DNA of 64,000 bases from Ramazzottius varieornatus (lineage: Eukaryota > Animalia > Tardigrada), in the NCBI GenBank assembly GCA_001949185.1, contig BDGG01000001.1, forward strand, positions 5,757,527 through 5,821,526, given 5' to 3'. The position numbers were made by a program, and so were the translations under genes. Shown in pieces: positions 1 to 13,083 of the stretch (positions are counted from its first letter, which is position 1; each line of letters starts with the position of its first letter). The notes beneath the pieces were generated by a model. The model searched no databases. It saw only the letters and a list, made by a program, of their open reading frames with translations, and was not told where the DNA came from.

Positions 1-351
1 CACATCGACGACGAGGGTAGAGAATGCATCGTCCAGCTGCGTCCGTGCTTCGGAGGAGCCAACTGTCCGCGCTACGGCGTCACTGGTCGCATCGACGCCA
101 TCATGTGCTACTTCCAGACTCTACCTCGCACCCGCATTCAAGTTAGACCTCTACCCACCAGTACGCTTGGGGGCATCTTTCAGTGTGACAGTCGGGAAGT
201 CCGGAAGTCGCTGTGGATGAACAGCGGCAGCCTGACGTTGGTGGCCAGTATCTTCATGTTCGACCGAGCGGACGATCACGTTCACTACCAAGGCGACATG
301 ATTACCAGTAAGTCAGCAGGGAAAACAGAAACCACAGCTGTGTGTAAGTAG
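1..351 (+). CDS. Partial exon of a gene entering from upstream; product unknown
   Basis: Frame +1 is open from base 1 (HIDDEGRECIVQLRPCFGGANCPRYGVTGRIDAIMCYF...) to the stop at 351, with strong C/G third-position bias. A possible donor (CA|gtaagt) near 307 may end the exon earlier. Confidence 0.5.
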   Translation, partial: HIDDEGRECIVQLRPCFGGANCPRYGVTGRIDAIMCYFQTLPRTRIQVRPLPTSTLGGIFQCDSREVRKSLWMNSGSLTLVASIFMFDRADDHVHYQGDMITSKSAGKTETTAVCK

Positions 352-2251
352 GATCTGCATAATTTGTATCAATGAACTGTTGTAATGGGTCTGTGTCTGA
401 ACGTCATACGGCTTATGGCACGTCTAGTAGAAATCATGGCCCAGTCAGGTAGACTCACCGGGCAGCGTACGTTGTTTCTATTGTGCTGGTCCATTCAGTC
501 GTTTTGGACCCCGTGATGGGTTCTTTGCACAATTTGGGTGGATTTAGTGTGAACAGCATGTCGCCAGTCGGTCTGAGAGATGGTCAGGGCCGTGATGAGA
601 TGGCGACCACGAAGCAGGGTGGGCAGAAGAGTGAGAATTAACGAGTGATAAAGTGCGATGTTTGTAGGTACGTCGCATTGAAGTTGGCGCGGACAATGGC
701 GGTCGCCATCGATCTTTACCTCCGCTTTTAGACCAAAGAATCTCAAAACTCAGCTATCCGTGGCCGCTAGACATGCAACTCAATTACCTAGCAAGTCGCA
801 TATCTCTCTTAATCTCCACCTATTAATTTCCAGTAATAATCACAGATTTGACCCTGATTTGATTTCGCTTGACAAGCGTCCTTCTGCAAAACGGCAAGAG
901 AAAATATTTTTTCTAGTGCTACATGTTATCTACAACTGTCACGTGAAGAACTTTTCGTCGGGTAAGATTTGTTCTGTTATTGTTGAAAAAACAAGAGACT
1001 AAAACTACTGAAATCGTCACATCACGTACTGATGATTACGACAATCGCGCGGAAGAGTGTAGGAAATGGAGAAGAACACTGTCAGTCATTGTGGCGGTAA
1101 AGTTTGGGAAGAACCTTGTCTGAGAACTCACAGCATTTTCGAAGCGTGTAATCTTGTTCGAGAGTTTTGCTCCCTCGTTGACTCTCTCATTCATCTTTGT
1201 TATTTTAAATTGCATGCTTTTGGCCTTCGGGCCAAAAGCCTGCAAGTCGGACAGCGATATAATAACGGCAGGACAATGCAGAAGACACAAGCCGACAACG
1301 CCTGCGATCGTACAGACTTGGGTATCCATCGTGACCTGCAATGGACCATCCGGTTATGAGGCATGTCGACCGTCATGACTGGCGAGAAGCTGGCAGCTTG
1401 TCTACCCTTGAGCTTCTAGTTTAGTACAGCAAAGGTAAGATCAAGGTAAGAAGCTCAAGAGTGCGAAGAAGAATGCGAAGTGTGAAGCCAGCCATACGTA
1501 CGTCCGAAGAATCCGACAGGTGTACGATGATATGAGTAAGAACCACAAGTACAAAGCTTCTGCTTCTTCTTCTGATCGATGAGGCTTCTTCGGACTTCGG
1601 ACTGGCTACTTTTACCGTGAGCAATAGGTTATCGTCGGCGAGGAGTGGAGATTGGAGGTCGCGGTCGCGTCTTGACGGTTCTCTCTTGGTCATACCCACC
1701 GCACAGCCTCTAGCTACCTGTCTTCATCTTCCGCTTGTTCCGTTTTCCGTCCTCCACTTCGCATTGTTATCTGATCGTACCTGCTTTGCTAATCAGCCCC
1801 AGCGTACTGTATAATTTTTTCTGCGCTGTCCGGTGTTAATGAACCGTTGGTAGCCAAGACAGGGAGCGGAAAGTCCACAGCCGTGTGTCGGTTCATCCGA
1901 GAAGCAGTTCGGTGGAATACAAGGAACTATCCAGCTGACTTCATAACTTTCTGCGTTCGATATGGAGACCGTACGCTGAAAGACGGTGTTCTCCGATCGA
2001 CTCTTCTGATCCGTTTCACGGGAGACTTCTCTACAGTACCCGCTGGTTTCGGGTTACTGAAACTTTCCGCTGTGCGGAACTTATCTTTGTGGACATCGCT
2101 GCCGGTATGTGCTGCGCCATTCGGAAAATATTTTCGATCGAGTTAGTTCCTATTTTATATCGTTTTCACTCTCCAATCGGATTGGTTTGTTTACACCTTA
2201 CAGGTTCAAACGGGAACGAGATCGCAGACATATTTTTGCCTTCTTAGCACG

Positions 2252-5200
2252 ATGATTCTCAGGATTTTAATTTGCCTACTGCCTATTCTGACCAAGGTAC
2301 GTATCTACAGTAAATATTGACATGATTATCCGGCGGGGTTTTTTCTGTGTGTGGAAACGAGGTGGACAGGGTTTTTTTATGGTAAGAGCAGCGGCGGTAA
2401 TGGGCGCAGAATTGGCGCAGCGTTGGTCATGTATGAAATATAGCAGGGTCCACTTGGCCGCAATAACTCATGGCGTTCGGTTCAGCGCCGCTCCAATCTC
2501 TCTCTGTCTCCGCCAGGCCGCACAACTGCAAAGTCTCTCGGTGATATGATCCTTCTGCGGTGTGAAATGCCGCAATATCACTTTAACAGTAATGGATCTG
2601 AGCTGTACAATTTATGACATGACTCGAGCCGATGATATCGCTGTAGTGGGGCCATTACCGTAATCTGTGGATACACTTTGATCCATCAAAACGAGTATCC
2701 ATTTCCGGCAATTTTGTGAAATTTTGGTATCTGTCTTGTCTCGGACCGACCAGAGCTGTGCCGAGTGAGTGCTCGTACTGTGACTGTGAACTTTCTCAGC
2801 AGTCAAACTGTCGAGACTCGCCCATACGGGGAAACCTTCCCAAAAAATACTCCCACCCAGCTCAATCGTAGTCTACGGAGTTCATCAAATTGACAGTGTA
2901 CTAGTGAGTTTTATGTCTGAACAAAGCCTTATATCGTCTCGAAAATAGCACGGGAATTTTATGGGCGGGTAGAGCTGGCTTACATTGAAGAAACGAGGGT
3001 AAACATAGTTTGACAGTTTTTGGAGGTAACAGTATATAACTGTACTGTATGCCGGTGTTTGGTGGCAGAAGTCAAAAACCTGAATGATTATACAGAGTTT
3101 GAGCGGCGCTCGTCGCCTCTTTTATGAGACAAGATTCATAATCATAACTTGCTGTAGCGTTCATTGTCCTTGACGCTTAGCGAACGCCGCACATATTCCG
3201 CGCTCTATAAGACTTTTGAGCGACAGCCGGCATTAGCTGTCGATAGTCTGCCGATACAAAAGAGCATCACGAGCCAAACATAATCCCTTCTCCTTTGAAA
3301 AACACGCCATTTCAACCAGAAGAAGTCCACTAATAGAAATTAAATTACCAGTTTAACAGGAGGAACATATCGTGCAAAATTTTGAACGAAATAATTCTCT
3401 TGGTGCTTTTCGTGAACAATCCAAAATACGTACCAGTAAAGGTGTAAAAGTCATGTAGGGGCAATCTAAGCGTCACTGAAACTTTTTTCGTGCGGCCCTT
3501 ATAAGCCGCAAGATTAGGGGAGCTCGGCAAACTATCTCGAGAAGATCGCTTTTCCAAGTGGCGCACGCTACTAACCAGTAACATTGAAAATGTGCGCTAC
3601 TTGGGAGAGCACCGTTGTCGAGTTTCTTTCCCGAGCTCGCATAAGTGGTACGAAGGAAACTGTGGTCTCAATTTTCGATTAAGTTATGATTTCTTCGGAT
3701 GATCTGCCATGGAAACCTTATCAAAGAGCATAAACAATGAGCGATACTAGGTCAAGGCGTTTTTATGAAGCGGAAAAATGGTTGGTGATTAGGTAATTGC
3801 TGGCCTCTTTTCATCAGTTCATAACGCTAGGCAGTAGAAGAGCACTCACTGTCTACCTCGGCACCGGGCGCTTGGCGAAGGGACAACACAAAAGCAACTT
3901 CGTCGACGTTGGGCAGTTTCACACTATGACCAAATGGCCGCGACGTGTCTCGGCGGGCAGTCACAACAAGAGATGGCCATCACCTCGACAGTTATGATCC
4001 ATCATACCTGACGGTGCCGCTCTTTCTGCATCCGTGTAAATATAAACGACATATGAGCTCAGCGAATTACTATGAAGAGAGAAGGTGCGTGGAAAAACGA
4101 AGAAGCCATCGCCATGGTCGAAGTCTACTTCCGCAAACATGCACTTTACGGCACCGAAGAATGCGCAGTCGTTACGGCGACGTCACGCTGACCCTCATTT
4201 GTAGGTTAACCGTGACTGCGCTTCACTGCGCACTGTCTCACCTGGGCTTCCACCATACCACCGACAGAACAACTGTTATAATATCGGGATCAAATTGCCT
4301 TCTGAAATAACCACGCTGTCACTGCTTGAGTGTATTTACGAGATATTCAGTAGTTCAAAATCGGTTGAGAAAACCGCTGCAGCTGGATAGAAAGAAGTTC
4401 AAAGAACCGCAGAAAATGCGAGGCATACCTACTGCGAAAAGGCTGTGATCGCTTCAAACTGACAGCCAAATTATCAACACCAAACCTAAAGCGTGTTCCA
4501 CGTGAATTTTGCACTTAATCGGTATGTTGTTGGCTTTAGACAGTGCTTGGGTCTCCGCCATCAGCCAAAATTCAGTCCATCAATGTCAACTGCGAGGAAG
4601 ATGGCATGGGTGTGGATATCCAGTTTGACCAGGCCTTCCACGGCGTCATCTTCTCCAAGAACTTTTTCAGCACTGCCGGCTGCAACTACGTCAACAACCC
4701 CGGTTCGGATCGCGTCAAGTTCACCATCAAGTCCGGCCAATGCGGGACTGTACGAGGACGCCAGCCCGACGAACTTCCTGCCACAGCCAGCAAACGCACT
4801 CGTCGTGACTTGACCAGCCACACTCTGCTAGCCTCCAACAGCTCTGCCGAACGACAAGGCCGCGCTGACGTCTTTGGCATGGACTTTGGCAAGATCGACA
4901 AGATGCTCGGCTTTGGTGGCGGTTTCGGCGGTGGTGGTAGCGGCGGATTTGGACGTAAGTTACATGTCACTGTACGGGACGCGGGCAAATGATTTGAACC
5001 AGATCGTGTTTCTAAGTGGCGCACACCTTCAGCCGAAAAAACTGCAAGCGTGCACCACTCGAGGGTGCAGTCTGATTCAGTTTATTGGCCCACGTCCTTA
5101 TAAACCTTGAAATATTCGACGGCAATGTAAAAGGTTTTGGCGGGTGTTCGATAGATGATCCATACGAAGGCTCGCGAGAGGATCAGCCACCACCCGAAGC

Positions 5201-8200
5201 GATGGAGTTTACAGGGGGAGCAAGTCAAGGTAGTGCCACGGATAAACCTGACCAGGCAGCTGTGAGTGTCGGACAAAATCTCAACCAACAGGTAGAGCTT
5301 TCCTTTTCTTCGGCATCCTGGAAAAAACTATTGGTGTTTCTTCAGGCGAACTATGTGCAACAACCGTTGCAGTCAGCTGCCGGAAACGTTGTCGGCCTGT
5401 ACGGCCAGAACGGACAGCCTTCTCGCGTCAGCAGCATGTCGTTCAACGGAGCTCCACAACCCCCTCCACCACCGAACCCAGTCAACACTGGTGGACCCTA
5501 CGGGTCCTTCTCCCAATCTCAGATTCCGCCTGGTGCGTACCAGGGGGAGGTGCCGTCTGGCCCTGCAAGCTATGCTGCCCAGACCGCTGCTCTCAACCAG
5601 AAAGTTCGCATCGCCGGACTACCAGATATCGATCCCATCACAGGCGAGGAAGTGACCACGACCAAGGCGCCCGTCGACGATGCCTATGAGGACGTCACCT
5701 ATGCGCCACCCGATGCGGAGAGAGTGCGCTTGCAGCCCTTGATGCGGTCGGACACATACGCTGCTCCAGGTGATCAATTCGGACAAAAAATCGAAACAAG
5801 GATATTTGGTTCATTTCGGGTATTTTCAAATATCAAGCGACTGTCAATTGAACCGAGCTGTAAACTGGTACAAAACAACAGAGACATCTAAAGACTATAT
5901 ATTTCCAAATTTTTTTCTGTCAATGATCGATGACATTGTCTTGTTACCAATATGTTTTCAGTGCAAGGTGCGCCGGCTTACGCAACGAACACCTACGGCG
6001 GACAAGTTCCCATGCTTCAGACCAGGCAGATGGACGGCCAGTACGGTGATCCATACGCCGGTAAGGAAATGGGTTCGGCCATGATGGGTTCTCAAGGTGG
6101 ACAAGGGCAGTACGGTGGCGGTATGAACCAGATGCCGCCAATGCCCCAAATGCAGATGCCACAAGTACCACAGATGCCCGGTGGTGACGCTTATGGCGGG
6201 GGTCAGCCCATGGGTGGATATGGTGGTGGAATGCAAATGCCGCAGATGCCCAGTGCTGACCCCTACGGTGGAGGCCAAGGTATGGCTAGCATGGGTGGTG
6301 GGTACGGAGGAGGCATGCAGATGCCTCAAGTCCCTCAGATGCCGTCTGCCGATCCTTATGGAGGAGCTGGTGGGATGAATGGAGGTGGACAGGGTATGCA
6401 GATGCCCTACGGCGGAGGTATGCCTCCCATGCCGCAGGAGATGAACCAAGCGGCCAGCTATGGCGGAGAACAGCCGGGACAGCAGCCACATCAACAAACT
6501 GGCCCAAGTTACGGAACCAACCAACAGCAAATTAATCAGCAACAAAATTATGGTAAGCGATTGCATGGACAGGTAAAAGCCGAGGCGGTATATGGGAAAA
6601 CGAAGAAACGGTGTTAAAATTTGGACATTGTGATATTCAATGCTAATCGCATCCATCGCTCGTTAATACCAGAGAATCGGACAACTTATCAATTTACTGG
6701 AAATTCGTTCGCGGTTGCACTGTTTTTACTATTTTGAGCTGCAGCTTTTAACGAGGATGTCTTTTTGCAGGGTCGAACCAAGCGGGATACCAACATAGCG
6801 CTTCCAACTTCCACGATTCCAGTTACAGGTCTCAAAACAACAACAACAACAACGCTGCCGCCCCACAATCGTACTCTTCTTCGAACCAACTCTCCCCAGC
6901 CTCATCCTACAACTCTGCCGATGTCCCTCCTCCCGACCAACACGACATTGACTTTGTCAAAATAGCCAGCGCCGGCACTCCTCGACCCTCTCCACGTCGC
7001 ACCACGCCACCTGTCGGCGAAGTCACCGCAGTCGAGGACAACGGCGAAGAAGACGACAACGACTACCTTCCTGCCACCACCGTCACGTCCCGTCGCACCA
7101 CTCGACCTACTAGCGCTACCACCAAGCGCCGTGTGGCCACAACCACTGAAGCCGACTACGACGACGACGAGCAATACCTCCCTGCCACCACATCCCAAAA
7201 GCCGTCCATGTCCAACAAAGGCTTTTTGACCGTCATCAGTACGAACGACGATGTTGATGGTTCAAACTCGAAGAAGGCTGTCGGTGGACCGTTGCCCGCA
7301 CTGAGAGCCACACTGCAAAAAGACACGAAAAGCTCGTCGAAGGTTGCGCAGTCTAAACCTTCCGTGAATATCCAGTCAGAATCCGTACAGAGTTCGTCTT
7401 CGTCCAATATGGGCAATGCGGACTACAGTGGAAACCCAGCGGGTATGACTGAGCCCAAAGAACCCAAAGATCAGTATGACGCTCGCCATGAGAGTATGGG
7501 CGAAGGACAGAGTGCGGGTATTGGCTACAAGGAGCCCGCCGGGCAATTTAACCAGGAGCCGTCTTTTGGCTACAAAGAGCCGAAAGGTTTGGGTTACGAC
7601 CAGCGGTACGACCAGATGGGTAACGCCGACTTGTCGGCTGGAGGCAAAGAACCGAACATGGGCTACCATGAACCAGCTGGACAGTTCAACAGTGAACCCA
7701 AGTTTGGTTACAACGAGCCAGCTGGACAGTTTGGACAAGAGCCCAAGTTTGGCTATAACGAGCCAAGCAGCGGAATGAGCAATCTGGACTTGTCAGCTGG
7801 TGGGAAAGAACCGGGCTTCGGATACAGAGAACCTTCCTTTGGCTACAATGAGCCCTCGTTCGGATATCGGGAACCGGGACAGGGTCTGGCGGGACAAGAC
7901 CTCAGTGCGGGACCTCCTGGTGGCGGAGTGCAAGGGCGACGGACGGCTAGTTACCAGCCGGCTGTACCACAAGCTCCAGCTTACGGCGGTGTGGGCACTG
8001 TTGGTAACGCATATGGTAACAACGGTGGTAACAGTGGTTACAACGGTAACACAGGTTCCAGCTCATCGTCATCATCGAATGGCGCAAGGGACACTAGTGG
8101 CAGCGGTTACGCTTCAAGTAACCTTGGCTCAGGTTTAACCAACACCGCCAGCAGTGGTCACAAATCATGGAGTAAGCACAGCGGAGGCAGTGGCAGTAAT

Positions 8201-10962
8201 GACGGTTACGATTCCTCAATGCCGACAGCTGCAAAGTCAGCCGGAGCCGCGTCAGGTGCGCCACTGCCAGGTGGTGGATACATTAGTGCCGAAGGTGTTA
8301 TGCACCACAACGGTGCTCAACAGAGTTCGCGAGGTGCGGCGGTTGTCAGCGGCCCCAAGGTTGTAGTAGCCAGTGCCAAAGGTGGCGAAATGCGACTCAA
8401 TGGTGTCGTCCAAGCTGCCGCTGGTATCCCAAAGGGGCAGGTGAATCAACAAGCGAAGACTCAGCAACAAGCATCAAGCCAGACTTCGGAGGCTACTGAC
8501 GAAGAAGAAGACGACGACGATAAAGTGTCGACCTCACAAGGACAGGGACCGGCTACTAGTACCAATGCGGCCAGAAGTTCGGTGAGCCAGTCAGGGAAGA
8601 ACGTGGCTGTGGGTGGATCGGCTTCGGCTGGTTCGAGAAACCCGGGTAGCCAACAGTTCGCGGCGAGTGTTCCCGGTGGATCAACTAGTTCGTCCGGTAA
8701 TGCTCAACGTCAGAACAGCGGAGGCAGTAGAAGCAATAACGGTCACGGTTCCTCAATGTCGGCAGCTGCAAAGTCAGCCGGAGACTCGTCAGGTGCGCCA
8801 CTGCCAGGTGGTGGGTTCATTAGTGCTGAAGGTGTTATGCACCACAACGGTGCTCAACAGAGTTCGCGAGGTGCCGCCGTTGTCAGCGGCCCCAAGGTTG
8901 TAGTAGCCAGTGCCAAAGGTGGAGAGATGCGACTCAATGGTGTCGTCCAAGCTGCCGCTGGTATTCTTGCAGATCGACGAGCCAAAGTCAATCAAGCAAA
9001 GGGGCAAGTGAATCAACAAGCGAAGGCTCAACAACAAGCATCAAGCCAGACTTCGGAGGCTACTGACGAAGAAGAAGGCGACGATGATGGAATGTCGACC
9101 CCACAAGGACAGGGACCAGCGGCTAGTGCCAATGCAGCCAGAAGTTCGGTGAGCCAGTCAGGGCAGAACGTGGCTGTAGGTGGATCGGCTTCAGCAGGAT
9201 CGAGAACTTCCGGTAGTCAACAGTTCGCGGCGAGTGTTCCCGGTGGCTCAACTAGTTCGTCCGGTCAGAAGAGCGGAGCTTCTCTGTCCTCACAGTCCTC
9301 ACAGTCATCTCAGTCATCCCGGCAGAGTTCCGGTAACCCAAAGCAAGCCGCTGCCAGCTCTTCTTTTGAGGTACGTACTTCCACTGTTGCCCGCTCATAG
9401 AAATACGGTACATGGAACACAGGCTGTGGTTTTTGGCAGGATGATTTGGAAGACTCTGATGATTCGCAGCGCATTATGTCCGGTGTGGCCACTCGTAACG
9501 GAAAGTCTTCATCGATGCAGACCTCCAACTCGAACCGGGCAGCAATCAGCGACAAGGATGCTACCGATGGTGGATACATCGAGAACGTCATCGTCATCCA
9601 GAACGACCCACTAGTCCAGGAAGTGTGGGATGCCGCTCGAGCCATTCGCTGTGAATGGCGATCCAACTACAAGAAGACCGTCTCCACCAAGGAACGCATT
9701 GCCTTGACCGAAGTGCAAACCATGAGGTTCGCCGGTGATGACATCGAAGTCTGGATGGAAATTCAAGCTGGCAAGGGACCGTGGGCTGATCCTGTCAGCA
9801 ACATTGTCCCCATCGGTAAGAGAAACTCAAGTCTGAACCTCACGACACGCAGAAGCTGCACGAAAAATTGTATGAATCGAAAATGGTCAAATTCTGGGAA
9901 TAATGGTAAAGGTGTACAGCTGGGAAGATTAAACGCCCGCCAATGAGAAATGCCTCTGTTGTTAAAGACGGTCTTTTTTTCAGGTCATACGATGACGCTA
10001 CTGATCGGAGCCAACGATCCCAAGCACGAGTTTGACTTGCGCGTCGGACGGTGTATTGCCCACGACGGCACTGGCAAGACGCAGATCGACCTGACGGACG
10101 AGAATGGCTGTGTGGTCCGCGACCGAATCATGGGCAAGTTCGACAAGGCTCGCAACTGGGGTGCGGAGAGCGCCACCATCGCCTTTGCTCACTTTAGCGC
10201 TTTCAAGTTCCCGGAAACCACCAAGGTCTTCATCGAGTGCGACGTCGAAGTGTGCAAACGCGGATGCTCCGAAATGTGCGCTGCTGGCAGCAAGAGCGCC
10301 AAGCTACCCGCTTCCTCGACGGTGAGTATCTCCCGCCGTAGCCGGCCAACGTCTTTCACCAAACCAGAAACATAATGATTATGTTTTCTGTGCATTTCAG
10401 AGCCGTCATGTCGGTCTTTCGTCCGCTTCTCAAAATAGCCAAAGTCAACTTCAGGTAAATTACAACAGCGAATGATATCACTCATTGGATTGTCCCAAGC
10501 AGCGTACGTTGTCATTGTTGTCATCTGGGAGTGTGCGCCACTTGGTAAAACCATCTGGGTGAATTCATTGGCCGACGTTTGACATAAGCCGTTCGTCGGT
10601 GTCGTTTCACGAGGGATGTTCTTTCTACGCAGGGTCAGGCCCAAAGTCAGCCGGGTCCACTAGGTCAGAAGTTCCGAGCCAAGCGTAGTGTAAAGACGGA
10701 CACGGATTCCCTGATGGTGAAGAACCACTACGAAGCAGTGTCACAAGCCGACTTGTCCTTCAACATCGACCTCCGCGTGCCCAACGGCACCATTGTCTAT
10801 GCCGGTATCCGACAGAACCGTGATGACTACTGCATATCAAGAGGCGGTTTCGGAATAGCTGTCGGCATCGTTTTGATGGTCATTTTAATATCCACCATTG
10901 TTTCCGTGTTTTTATGTATTCGTTTCAGAAACCAACGACCGTTGTTACTTCCGCATGACTAG
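2252..10962 (+). CDS. Dusky/dusky-like (cuticlin-type) ZP-domain transmembrane protein, ~1,769 aa, with a giant low-complexity insert inside ZP-N
   Basis: Ten exons join in frame at GT-AG sites: 2252-2296, 4540-4954, 5155-5291, 5346-5769, 5962-6552, 6771-9370, 9440-9815, 9984-10321, 10401-10454, 10633-10962 (5310 nt). Signal peptide MILRILICLLPILTKTVLG. ZP-N start (NVNCEEDGMGVDIQFDQAFHGVIFSK) and end (YIENVIVIQNDPLVQEVWDAARAIRCEW). ZP-C (WMEIQAGKGPW...CIAHDG...AFKFP...C). Furin site RAKR at 10675-10686, then a TM helix and short tail. Confidence 0.88.
3520..3640. repeat. Representative copy of a dispersed foldback element (CAAGTGGCGCAC-N~25-GTGCGCCACTTG)
   Basis: gagctcgg...ctcgagaaga...ccaagtggcgcac...gtgcgctacttgg...ttgtcgag...ccgagctc. 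Related copies near 5012, 10495, 24858, 37631, 38598, 39820, 40740, 42400, 43600, 43681 and 54677. Confidence 0.75.
7520..7880 (+). repeat. Coding peptide repeats EP[SKNG][FM]GY[KNRH] / EPAGQF
   Basis: Seen directly in the 755-aa ORF translation (GYKEPAGQFNQEPSFGYKEP...EPKFGYNEPAGQFGQEPKFGYNEP...EPGFGYREPSFGYNEPSFGYREP). Confidence 0.85.
8178..9265 (+). repeat. In-frame tandem duplication (~540-570 nt unit, 2 copies) within the ZP-protein insert
   Basis: Unit ~8178-8698 recurs at ~8715-9265 (SGGS...AAKSAG...SGAPLPGGG[YF]ISAEGVMHHNGAQQSSRG...VPGGSTSSSG) with few substitutions and a short insertion in copy 2. Confidence 0.9.
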
Positions 10963-11700
10963 TTGACTTCCTCATTTTTCCTAGTTGACTACAGAGTGTA
11001 GATTTTGTTGCGCTGTTATCTCCTGCTTTTTCAAAATGCCATCTACGTACGTACTACACCCCATGCAGTATATCAACACACATTACTTTCCTGACCCGGT
11101 TACTACTGTACAAACCTGTCAGTGACACAGAACCGTACATCCAGACATGCACAAGGGGAGTCATAAACGGGACATGCCAGTCGTGAACGTCAACGATATC
11201 AACGACTCAGAATAAAATGCGCGTTCAGGGTCATGATATTGAGCCCTTTGCAGTTGTTCCAGCCACCGATCCGAAGGCTGGAAAATCAGGCCGCTTGGAT
11301 GCGACTTGCGAGCTCATTCGTCGATAATGGGGAAGAAACAAAAGGGAAACTATGCAGTTCGAAATATTTGTATGGTGAAAAACCTGCTTTCTGAGACGCT
11401 TTCTACGGACTCATGCCTGGCAGTGCTCTGTATCACAGATGGGTGCATGTCAGCTGTAGTATTTGAGCATATTGACGTAAAAGAATAGTCACCTGTTCTG
11501 TAGGAATTGTACGAAAAGACCACAAACGCTGTAGCTTGAGACAAGATCCGACAGGCAATACTGACGGAACATTTTCAAGAAACCAAGGCAGCACCCATAC
11601 AAACCGAAGGTCAAAACGATGGACGTCAAACTTAGTGGAAAGAAATTTAGATCTGGTATCTACAGTGTCTCATTTTCAAAATCTGTGTATTCAAAATTAC

Positions 11701-12262
11701 CGATAATACGGAGGAGGTCAGTCGGGGAACTAGGCACACTCTGTCCTGCCTGACTGACAGCGCTTACACGGAACTGATACTGCTTGTCTTCGGTTAGTCC
11801 AGCCAGTATTTCAGCAGCGAGCGTCCAGTTGCCATCTTTCTCTCTCTTCTCAAGGATGTACTTCTTGACAGGCGCACCACCGTCGTCTTTTGGTGGTGAC
11901 CAGTAGAAGTGACATCCATTCGCACCCATGGCAATCACCGGCAGGTTTTCGAGCGGTGCCGGGACATCTGCGACCTTGATGCTGATGATTCGTTCAGTCC
12001 GACCCGAGCAGTTGACCAGCTGCAGCGTATAGTTGCCTTCACCGCTTCGTTGCGGAGCCTTGAGCTCGATCTTGATTTCGTCATGGTTCACCACAATGTT
12101 CGATATCTTTAGAAGGAACAGGCTTACCCTCGCGAAGAAGGCGGCAAACAGGCTTGGCTGGTTTGTCTCCGCCCACATTGTAGGGTATTTTGAGCTCTAG
12201 AGCTTGGCCAACTCGAGTAGTTCTCCTTGTATCTGACGCACCAATTTTAGGCCTGTTCTCAC
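11701..12262 (-). pseudogene. Orphan exon of a twitchin/projectin/titin-type Ig(I-set)+Fn3 module, frameshifted
   Basis: Bounded by acceptor (ttacag|, 12262) and donor (|gtaatt, 11700). Ig part (RVGQALELKIPY...EGKPV) switches frame at ~12097 (gaa c att gtg) into IVVNHDEIKIELKAPQRSGEGNYTLQLVN. Fn3 motif WSPPKDDGGAPVKKYILEKRE...GLTEDKQYQFRVSAVSQAGQSVPS. No further titin-like exons seen nearby. Confidence 0.7.
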
Positions 12263-13083
12263 CTGTAACGCAGTACAACAATGCTAAAAAGCCCTAACTT
12301 TTCGGCTGGGTCTTTAACGGATATTGGTGCCATACAAAGCCGTTATTATGCCATACCTCTGAGCCATACAAACGAAATAGATCTGTTGTTATCCGACTTC
12401 AAGCTATACTAAATTACCTGGGACGGGACGCATGATATAATGGATGGGTGATCGGAGGGAACGCTTAGCCGATGCGTTGAGGGTATAATTCAGGGTAATG
12501 CGAGGTAATGTGTGCGGTTCCGTCAAAAAGAAGGAAAGATAACGAAACGACAAGCATTTCTTTTTAACTTCCAAGATGTCTCATCGGAACTGTTTGATCC
12601 GAAGAGACCGAAAAATCCAAACGAGGAAGTCACGAAGTAAGAGACGGCTGGCGACAGATTTACGAGTAACTAAGAGTGGAAAGTGAGACAGTAACCTAAC
12701 TTAACAGCGAGTGCATTAACTCGAACAGAAGCAGGAAACATGTTGCAGGGAAAAAAGAGCCGTGCATATCAGAAAAAATTCGATCACGGATGGACGATGA
12801 TCAGTTCGAATTCAAAGCGCAAATCGCATAAAGAAGGCAAGCGCATCATATCATTCATACGCGAACTTGATCCGTCCTCGTACGTAACGGTAGAACACAG
12901 AAAGACTGCAGAATTTATATTATACAATTATATTATCTATTATTTATTATTATTTATTTTATACATTCCAAATTCCACAAAGTCCCCAATCGCGGAGAAA
13001 ATGATTTCTTCACCGTAACTCTGTTGCACACCGGTAAAAGAAACTGGGAATTCATCAATTTCCTTTTCCGCTCAGAAGATCAA

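Noticed and set aside
1036-2146. Short ORFs, including a Walker-A-like AKTGSGKS at 1847
   Set aside because: No splice-supported extension or downstream NTPase motifs; the region is most likely the promoter/5' UTR of the ZP gene.
5958-9037. Several long minus-strand ORFs (e.g. 5958-6656, 232 aa)
   Set aside because: Antisense shadows of the repetitive ZP-protein exons.
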